DNA from: Macrostomum lignano
Lineage: Eukaryota
Direction: 5' to 3'
Assembly: GCA_002269645.1 (NCBI GenBank)
Contig: NIVC01001274.1
Location: forward strand, 124,001 to 188,000
Length of the DNA: 64,000 nucleotides
In this document: positions 53,640 to 61,189 of the stretch, piece by piece
Position numbering within the stretch: the stretch's first letter is position 1
How the letters are laid out: each line of letters starts with the position of its first letter
Notes under the pieces: generated by a model
Told to the model about the DNA's origin: nothing
The model's database searches: none
Seen by the model: the letters and a program-made list of their open reading frames with translations, nothing else
Program-made: the position numbers and the translations under genes

Positions 53640-55481
53640 ATTATTACAAATTTATAAGCATTTCAGTGTTAGCAGCACTAACCATGCAAAGAAATGTAAT
53701 TATTTATAAAAATGATTTATTACAAAACTGGAGCATTTTGCTATACCTTTTGAGATTTGCACCATGCATTTAATCATAAAAAAAGCATTTTTGATAATCC
53801 TTTACTTTGTAGACTAATGAAAATTATTGTATAAAAACCTTCTAACCATGCAAGTAATAATTTGCTTGGTACCTAAAAGACTTAGGCAACTATAAACGTC
53901 ACTAAGTGTTTGATTTCTAAGACTGAAAATTAAGACTTTTATATTTATATTTAAACTGCACATTCTAAATTTATACTTTGGTTTTAAACTTTTCTTTTCA
54001 AAAACAAAAGTAGCTATATAAGCAAAAATAGAGTTTACTTAGTTAGTTTCCTCTAATTTTCTGCATACAAAATCCCTAAATCTGCTACCTAAAGGATGTA
54101 AAAATAATTTTTTCAAAAGCGATCCTAAAATTCAAAACTCTTTCTAAAAGCTTCCATGTGCATTAAGAACCTTTGAAGTTCTCTGAGGACTTTTATAGTA
54201 TTTGCCATTTAATAAAACATTAAGCAAAATTATGATGCAAAGGCCAAACCAAAAATTAAGTATATGAAGCATACAAACAAGGAAGGAATTAGATGTGAAA
54301 TAATCTACCCATGAGAAGTGTTTATAAAAAAATACTTATAGTAGAGGAGAGAGAGAGGTAAAGGAAATATGAAGTTGTGAAAACTCAAGACATAGATTAT
54401 AAAATATAAGTCAAAAAGGCTAATAAGTAAAAAAGATGAGAACTTGTAAAGGGATTTTAGCAGCCTCTAGACAACTTGATGCCCAATAATGCTCAAATTT
54501 TAGACTGGATTTCAAATTTAATATCTTATCACTATTGATATTAGTAGTTATTTTAGTATATGGATTAATAATGTAGTGAGTCGCTAGTTTAGTTAGGCGC
54601 CGCACTAATCAGCTGTTGCCCTCGCCTCCGCCCTGGGCTTCTGTCTGCCGCTGGGCAGTTGCCTGTCCCTTCCCGCCTGTCCTCTGGCCTGTCCTCTGCC
54701 CGCTTGCCTGTCTGTCTGTTTGTCCTCGTTTGCCCCCTTTTGCTTCGTTTTCCCTTTTTGCAGTGCCAAGACAGCTTGGTCTGGCCTGCCTCTGTTTCGT
54801 TCTCTGGCATCTCCAAATTTGGAGTGCCATTCTGTTTTCCGGTCCCACGGTCACGAGTGCCTTCACTTGTGGGCCTTTTCCCCTTGTCATGTGAGCCAGT
54901 CACATGACAAGGCCTTCTTCCTTCTTTAGTCCAAAGTGCAATGATTTCATCATTGTACGCTGGGCTCGTGTTTATGGGGAGATCACGTGCGCCCGGACCC
55001 CCTTGCCCATAGAAATCTAGAATACTAACTGGAAGTGAAGGCTTCTTTGTCGGGGAGTTCAAGTCGTACCTACCCGGGCTGATTCTTTTTAGCTTGAAAA
55101 TGTTATAGTGACTAAACCCGCATCCAAAAGACCCTCCCAAAAACCCCCCAGCCCTTTAAAACTCTTTCTTGTTGCTCATGCCTTCATCTTTCATTCCCTT
55201 CAAGCTCAGACAGCACCCAGATGTACACTGTAAATGCTGTACGAGCGTACAGTGATAGCAAACCCTGGACTGGAGCAAAACAGAGAGCTCTTTACAGTGG
55301 TGCACGATCAATTGAATAGGAGTGGGGATATTCTTGGGAGGAAGGAAAGAATATGGGAAACGAGAGGAGGGAAATGTACATCAAACGGTATTCTGCACAG
55401 GAAAATAATATATATAACAAAGAGGCAACCGGCTGTTAGCACCCAAATCCTGCCAAAACTGAATATCACAAATTTGCCTAG

Positions 55482-55868
55482 ATGGGATACAAATGCGCTG
55501 CATTTAATTGCTAATCTGGCTACGCAAGAAGGACTTCGAACAATGAATCGAATGTGAAAACATCTTTCCATGCCTTTCCGTTAAATGATCCACAACTGAT
55601 GACTGAGTGGCTCCGAAGAATTCGCAGAGAGCACTATGCCCCAACTAAGGAGTCTCGGTTGTGCTCTGCGCACTTTTTGGAGTCGGACTTCATCAGCACA
55701 TCGCAAGACTTCAACACTCGTCGAAAGCGCAAGAGAAATGCGCAACTGAGCCTGCGCGTTTTACGAAAGGGAGCCATCCCCTCTGTTTTTCCTCAACTTC
55801 CAATGCTTGGAACTTCCAATTCCAAAGCCAATGGCTTCTACTTCCCGGACCGAATCAGCCACAGCTGA
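55482..55868 (+). pseudogene. THAP DNA-binding domain of the transposase, interrupted by an in-frame TAA (55512-55514) and out of frame with the catalytic ORF
   Basis: MGYKCAAFNC*SGY...SFHAFP...W...LCSAHF...AIPSVFP (C2CH THAP signature). Frame differs by +1 from the ORF at 55807. Confidence 0.85.
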
Positions 55869-58320
55869 GCTACGACACCAAGCCGAAAGTGACAGGCTAG
55901 AAACAGCGGCATCGGAGTTTCTGTCGTTGGATAAAGTGGGATCGTTGGAGGAAATCAAGACCATGCTAGAGAGCAATCCGATTCCTGTTGGATTCGTTCC
56001 TGTGTTTGGCACCGACTCCATTGCGTTCTGCCTGATTGATGTGGAGGATGTCCCGAATCTGGTCTGCTCTGTAAAAATTCAACGCGATATGATTGCTTCT
56101 GTAAGTTTGAAAGGACAACCGGTTCCAATGAAGCGATTTGAACAATTTTTGGATCTCGGAAAGATCACCTTGTTTTCGCAGATTCAAAACTTATTAGCTT
56201 TAGCAAAATCGTGGGGCATCCCTGATCCCAATCCGAGAAGCGCAGAAGCTAAATGGATTGAAGCTGCCATCGATTGCCTGTGCAACTTGCTGGAGGAATC
56301 GAATGACTCTGCCACGCCACTGATGCAGCAAATCCAGTTTATAGTGGAGCAGCTTAGGCTTCGTTGCCAGGCAAAGGAGGCTAGACGGTACTCCCCTGGT
56401 TTGATAGTGTTTGCCATGGTGCTGAAGTCCACCAGTTCAGCTTGCTACCAGGTGCTGCTGGATCAAGACCTGCTTGTTCTGCCATCAGTTAGACGACTAA
56501 CGGCGATTTCTAGTCCTCTGTCTGTCAGCCCTGGCGTCTCGGACGAAAATTACCTTCATCTACGGACTCAAAATCTGTCAATAATGGAGAGTAATGTCAA
56601 CCTGATTATTGATGAGATACACCTAAATCGAAGAATAGACTACTCTTCCGGGTCTATTGTTGGCATGCAGGAGGCCAACCCGGCTTCAACAATGCTGTGC
56701 TTCATGGTCAAGTCAATCGCCGGAAAGTACCGCGATGTCGTAGCACTTTTCCCCCTCAGCAAGTTGACTGCCGAAATATTGCACGAGCACTACACGAGCG
56801 TCATGGGGATGCTGCAGCGCACAAACCTTAATGTAGTGACCATCTTGGTTGACAACCATTCCGCAAACCGTGCGTTTTTTGTCCACAAGCTTTGCGGTGG
56901 CATTCTGCAAACATGCGTACCCCATCCGTTCCATCGAGAAAAGAAGATTTTCCTTCTGTTTGACCCAACGCACACAATTAAAAACGTATATAACAATTTT
57001 CAGAAAAGGCAGTCTCTGGAGCTCCCAGCAAAAGATAGCGCCTTTTTTAATGTCCCGCTACCACATGTGAAGAGAACGGCTGATTCCTTAATTGTAGCAA
57101 AATTTGAGAACATCAAAGAGCTGTACAATCTGGAACAGGACAAGCCACTCAAACTGGCCCCAAAACTCAACTCAAGCGTCATCGATCCAAAAAGTATTCA
57201 GAAGACCTCACCAAAGTTGGCACTAGCTGTGTTTTCTGAGTCTACCGCGCACGCCTTGGAATATTACTCGGCGAATCAAGGAAAGCCGTGGGGCGACACT
57301 GCGACTTTTGTCCATGCGGTGACGCAACTTTGGAAAGTTTTAAATGTCAAGACGAGCTCAATTGGCAAACATAAAAGAGACTGTTGCCGAGATCCAGTCA
57401 GGTCAGACACAGATTGGAAGCTTACCTACCTCGCGGACGTCGCTAATTATCTGCGCGAATGGAAGGCCTGCAGAAGCAAAGGTCTTAGCGACGAAACCTT
57501 TCTGGCCCTCAGTCACACGCTGGATGCTCTAGTTGAAGTCTGCAGGTACTTACTCAATAGTCTTATGTTCGAATATGTTCTGGTCGGAGCTTTCCAGTCG
57601 GACCCACTGGAAGGAAGATTTGGATGGTACCGTCACCGAAAAGGATTAAACTACTATGTTTCGTGCAAAGATGTTCTGGATGGTGAGAAGGCAATCCGTT
57701 CTGTTTCAGTTCTGAAGTTCAGTCATGCTGCACCACAGACAATTCAGTCACTTGCAGCTGCAAAGGACCTGCACAGCGAGGGCAGCGACTTAATGGAAGA
57801 AGCCGGGCAAATTGCAGACCAACTAAACCTAATTGAGGAGATCGAAGCAGCTGATGCCAACGTAACCTACTATGTGGCTGGAAAAATCGCCAAGTCCATC
57901 ACAGCGCAAAGAAGCTGCACTGCATGCAACCAGCTACTAGTTGCCACTCCAGACGAATCTGCAGCCGAAGCGCCATCTGACTTTCTGCGACAGCTAGACC
58001 GCGGTGGTCTAACGAACCCTTCTGACCTGGTGTTCACCATCTGCAAAGAGGCTTGGGTGATAATCATGCAACTGCAGCGCTGTCAGCGATTTCTGAAATC
58101 GAGGTACAGACACATCAGTCTGTTTGAAGCAGTTTGTTCCAAGATTTTTGAACAACTCCCACAGTTGCGATTCCAAACGCATTGTGAGTATCAGCATCCA
58201 ACCTTGCAGCTGGTGTGCAGGAAGATGTTTAACACTGCTGCAAAGAACTGGACTAAACGCCTGTCCGCATCAGCGACTGGACCGACTGTAAGAAAAGTTG
58301 CAAAGTTTGGCGCCCACTGA
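55807..58320 (+). CDS. P-element-type transposase catalytic region (RNase H-like DDE with GTP-binding insertion), 837-codon uninterrupted ORF
   Basis: LIIDEIHL, VTILVDNHSAN, LFDPTHTIKNVYNN, FQSDPLEGRFG motifs typical of P/THAP9 transposases. Confidence 0.92.
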   Translation: MELPIPKPMASTSRTESATAELRHQAESDRLETAASEFLSLDKVGSLEEIKTMLESNPIPVGFVPVFGTDSIAFCLIDVEDVPNLVCSVKIQRDMIASVSLKGQPVPMKRFEQFLDLGKITLFSQIQNLLALAKSWGIPDPNPRSAEAKWIEAAIDCLCNLLEESNDSATPLMQQIQFIVEQLRLRCQAKEARRYSPGLIVFAMVLKSTSSACYQVLLDQDLLVLPSVRRLTAISSPLSVSPGVSDENYLHLRTQNLSIMESNVNLIIDEIHLNRRIDYSSGSIVGMQEANPASTMLCFMVKSIAGKYRDVVALFPLSKLTAEILHEHYTSVMGMLQRTNLNVVTILVDNHSANRAFFVHKLCGGILQTCVPHPFHREKKIFLLFDPTHTIKNVYNNFQKRQSLELPAKDSAFFNVPLPHVKRTADSLIVAKFENIKELYNLEQDKPLKLAPKLNSSVIDPKSIQKTSPKLALAVFSESTAHALEYYSANQGKPWGDTATFVHAVTQLWKVLNVKTSSIGKHKRDCCRDPVRSDTDWKLTYLADVANYLREWKACRSKGLSDETFLALSHTLDALVEVCRYLLNSLMFEYVLVGAFQSDPLEGRFGWYRHRKGLNYYVSCKDVLDGEKAIRSVSVLKFSHAAPQTIQSLAAAKDLHSEGSDLMEEAGQIADQLNLIEEIEAADANVTYYVAGKIAKSITAQRSCTACNQLLVATPDESAAEAPSDFLRQLDRGGLTNPSDLVFTICKEAWVIIMQLQRCQRFLKSRYRHISLFEAVCSKIFEQLPQLRFQTHCEYQHPTLQLVCRKMFNTAAKNWTKRLSASATGPTVRKVAKFGAH

Positions 58321-59021
58321 TGGTAAGTTTTGCATTCACTGCACTGCTTGAGAAATATAACTTGTGTACTCTTGGTAAGCAATATACCTTAAATAAAATT
58401 GTTTCAATGAAAAGAATGATAAATAAACATTAAAATTTTGGGGAAATAAAACTTTTGGGGAAGAGGAGCTTTTTATCCCGGCCCGGGTATGTACGCCCCC
58501 GCGAAAGCCTTCACTTCCAGTTAGTATTCTAGATTTCTATGCCTTGCCTCCTCTGAGGCAGGGCCCGCTTGTTTGTTGCTAAAAATAGCAACAGTCACCC
58601 ATGACTCTCAGCGGGGGTCTTTCGTGCTATGGTGCAATCGATTCTCCCTATAAATGCGGCCCCTCTCATGGCTTGGCTCAGACAAGCGTTTCAGCTTTTC
58701 CGCGTTTCAGCCTTCCGTTTCTGCGTTTCCGCGTTTTTCCGTATTCATTTCACCTCTCCGCCGTTTCGATCAGCGCGTGTGCTAAAGTTTAAACTCCAAG
58801 ACTCCCGACTTTGCGCGTGACTGCCTCTGATTGCACCTGCTATTAATTAGCAGGCCAGCTCGGATCGCCCGGAGCTAGCACTTTTGCTCTCACCCCGCAC
58901 CAGCCCGGCAGGGACTGCTGACAGTGGGCACCTCTGCGCGAGAACTGCTAAATCTGCACGAAGTGCGAGTCTCTTTCTCTGGACACCTCTAGACGCTATT
59001 GAGGAAATAACAACACTTCAT

Positions 59022-59032
59022 TGGTGGCAGCG
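59022..59032 (+). promoter_or_regulatory. Primer-binding site TGGTGGCAGCG, complementary to a tRNA-Leu-type 3' end
   Basis: Lies 1 nt after the LTR-terminal CA. The tRNA assignment comes from recalled vertebrate tRNA-Leu(AAG/TAG) 3' sequence and was not checked against the host. Confidence 0.65.
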
Positions 59033-59321
59033 CTCCTATAGAAGGCCTCTAGACAACAGGCAAGACACCTATACTCCATTGGTGACTCAGCGGTGGGATC
59101 CGACGAGTCAACGACACGACTATCTGGGATTCGAGCGACAAGTCAAGGATCCGACTTCGAAACACCTAAGACAACCGCTCTTTCGAGTAAGAATTCGGCT
59201 ATTCTACTAATTTGAAATTTTTAACGAGAGAGAAGAGAGCCGGTGCAGCAGCCGGTTGAGTCAGCACGAGCATATCAGCAGTTCAAGGCCTGCAGCAGCA
59301 GTCAACGACCTTGGTCAGCAG

Positions 59322-60371
59322 ATGCCGCGGCGAAGTGCGAGAAGCGAAGTGTCCGAAGACCCGCCAGACGAGCTTCTGCCAGGTTTGGACGACCTCGGCC
59401 AGAACATCAGGCCCCAGGATGTGAGAACGATGATGGCAGCTCTGCAGCAGCAGATGGAGCGGCCGGTAAGCAAGTCTGTTAAGATTGTAAAGTACACGCC
59501 CAGCCAGGACATCCACGTCTGGCTCGCCGCGTTCGAGCAACGCTGCGAGATGGAGCGTATCGAAGACCTGATCGAGATGAAGCAGCACCTCGTTGCGAGT
59601 CTAGATCTGGCAACTGCTTACCCGGCTCTGCTCAGTATGCACCTCCCACGCTATGCTGGCTACGAGGAGGTCAAGCAGCGATTGATCGAGAGATTCGCCC
59701 GCCACGGTGGCGCTGACGAATATCGAGAGCTGCTGAGGCGCCGTCAGCAAGGCAAGAATGAGTCAGCGGAAGAGTACGCTGATGCCCTGCGCACCTTGGG
59801 AGAGCGAGCGTACCCTCGAATGCACCCTGAGGATCGAGAGCGGGAGCTGGCTGATCAGTTCCTAGCTGGCATCAGGACGACACCAGATCTGCGCGAGCGG
59901 CTCTATTGGGTCCGCCCGAACAATCTGCTGGCCGCTATTCGAGAACTCCAACGTCTGGAAGGCGCTAAAGAACTGGCGCAGCGCTCTGCTCAACCCCCGG
60001 TTCGCATGCTGAACGGGGAGCGCGACGGTGACCCGACGCCCGACGCCACCGCTCAAGCTCTCCTAGCTCTGACTGATCTGCTAGAGAAACAGCAGCGACT
60101 GCTAGACAACCTGGTGCAGCGTGACCAGCAGCAGAAGACGAGTCCGCCTGCGAAAGCCATGATCTGCTATGGCTGCGGTCAGCCTGGTCATCGCAATTCA
60201 CAGTGCCCGTTACGCCAGAACCAGGGAAACGGCGAGACGGAGAGCGCCCACGGCAACGCCCTCCGCAGAGCCCAAGCCCCGGCTACTTGGCAGACTCCGA
60301 ACGCTCACCAGAAGAAGAGGATGTCGGCTGCGCAGGCGCCAATGCCCAGTCCGACAGTCGCTCATCAGTAA
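59322..60371 (+). CDS. gag: Gypsy Gag (capsid-like region plus CX2CX4HX4C zinc knuckle)
   Basis: CYGCGQPGHRNSQC knuckle; WLAAFEQRC and QGKNESAEEY capsid-like motifs. ATG at 59322 (frame open from at least 59256). Confidence 0.9.
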   Translation: MPRRSARSEVSEDPPDELLPGLDDLGQNIRPQDVRTMMAALQQQMERPVSKSVKIVKYTPSQDIHVWLAAFEQRCEMERIEDLIEMKQHLVASLDLATAYPALLSMHLPRYAGYEEVKQRLIERFARHGGADEYRELLRRRQQGKNESAEEYADALRTLGERAYPRMHPEDRERELADQFLAGIRTTPDLRERLYWVRPNNLLAAIRELQRLEGAKELAQRSAQPPVRMLNGERDGDPTPDATAQALLALTDLLEKQQRLLDNLVQRDQQQKTSPPAKAMICYGCGQPGHRNSQCPLRQNQGNGETESAHGNALRRAQAPATWQTPNAHQKKRMSAAQAPMPSPTVAHQ

Positions 60372-61189
60372 GTGAGGCTGAGTGCGGAGGTTTCGTGGAC
60401 ACCTCCAATGATCAAAAAATCTATGCGCGTGAGGCTGATCCGTACGTCACCGGCCGATTGGCGGGCCGAGAAGTCCCTTTCCTACTAGACAGCGGCAGTC
60501 GGAAAAACTTTCTTGGAGCGTCGACCTGGGCCAATGTTAGACGTCGGATGCCTCGTTGTATCATATCGCATGCTATCCCGGATTGCGTGACCATGTACGA
60601 CGGTACGCAGCTACCCCTTGCGTGTAAGGTGATCATCCCGGTGGAGTTCGGTGATGTCGTCGCGGACACCGAATTCCTGGTCACGGTCACCGATTGTGAA
60701 AATTTGCTTGGTATTAATTTCATGCGTGAGCACTGCCAGAACTTTGATTTTGCTCAAGGAATGCTAAAGTTCAACAATGGCGCGTGCATTCCCGTTCGCT
60801 ATTCGCGCCGTGAGCTTCAATCATGCCGGGTGTACACCTCTGAGAAGTGCACTCTGCCGCCAAGAAGCTCAGCGCTGTTGGCCGTCCAGTTGGATGTCGG
60901 CCACCCCGAGAATCGAGGATCGCCATCAATCGTCGAGCTGGTGAAGTCGAGACTGCACCCCAGCTGCAACACTCTGGAAGCAGCTCCAGCTCTGATGACG
61001 ATGCCTGAAGGTCGAGGCTACATCGAGGTCGTCAACACTGCTGACTGCGAGGTGTTCCTGCAGTCGGACATCCGCGTTGGTGTTGCGACACCACTTAGAA
61101 CTGCCGACCTGATGTACCTGGAAGAGACGCCGGAACCTGAAGTGCGACATTTGTCAAGGAGCCTGAAGAGTCCAGCACAGCTTGGCTAG
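60203..61189 (+). CDS. pol: Gypsy aspartic protease region of Pol
   Basis: FLLDSGS catalytic motif (GAC at 60488) and LLGINF flap/dimer motif. Ends out of frame with RT. Confidence 0.88.
   Translation: MPVTPEPGKRRDGERPRQRPPQSPSPGYLADSERSPEEEDVGCAGANAQSDSRSSVSEAECGGFVDTSNDQKIYAREADPYVTGRLAGREVPFLLDSGSRKNFLGASTWANVRRRMPRCIISHAIPDCVTMYDGTQLPLACKVIIPVEFGDVVADTEFLVTVTDCENLLGINFMREHCQNFDFAQGMLKFNNGACIPVRYSRRELQSCRVYTSEKCTLPPRSSALLAVQLDVGHPENRGSPSIVELVKSRLHPSCNTLEAAPALMTMPEGRGYIEVVNTADCEVFLQSDIRVGVATPLRTADLMYLEETPEPEVRHLSRSLKSPAQLG
60224..60230 (+). promoter_or_regulatory. -1 ribosomal frameshift slippery site G GGA AAC (gag to pro-pol)
   Basis: X XXY YYZ heptamer in the gag frame, leading into the -1 protease frame. 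Downstream stem candidate GGAGAGCG/CGCCCTCC. Confidence 0.75.

Larger units (their letters stand above)
55008..58541 (+). mobile_element. Full-length P-superfamily (THAP9/Galileo-like) DNA transposon, 3534 bp
   Basis: Perfect 37-bp TIRs CATAGAAATCTAGAATACTAACTGGAAGTGAAGGCTT. 7-bp TSD CCTTGCC (55001-55007, 58542-58548). Shared subterminal GTAC.TACCCGGGC motif. Encodes a THAP domain and a transposase. Confidence 0.95.
54572..59020 (+). mobile_element. 5' LTR of the Gypsy element (~0.9 kb: 54572-55007 plus 58549-59020), split by the P element
   Basis: Abrupt AT-to-GC shift at TGTAGTG (54572); ends CACTTCA (59020), a 6/7 inverted match with TG...CA termini; TATAAA near 58648; followed by a PBS. 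Confidence 0.7.

Noticed and set aside
55785-55827. 43-nt GT-AG intron that would rejoin the THAP and transposase frames
   Set aside because: The donor GTTTTT is poor, it would delete the conserved AVPTIF-type motif, and the upstream TAA would remain.
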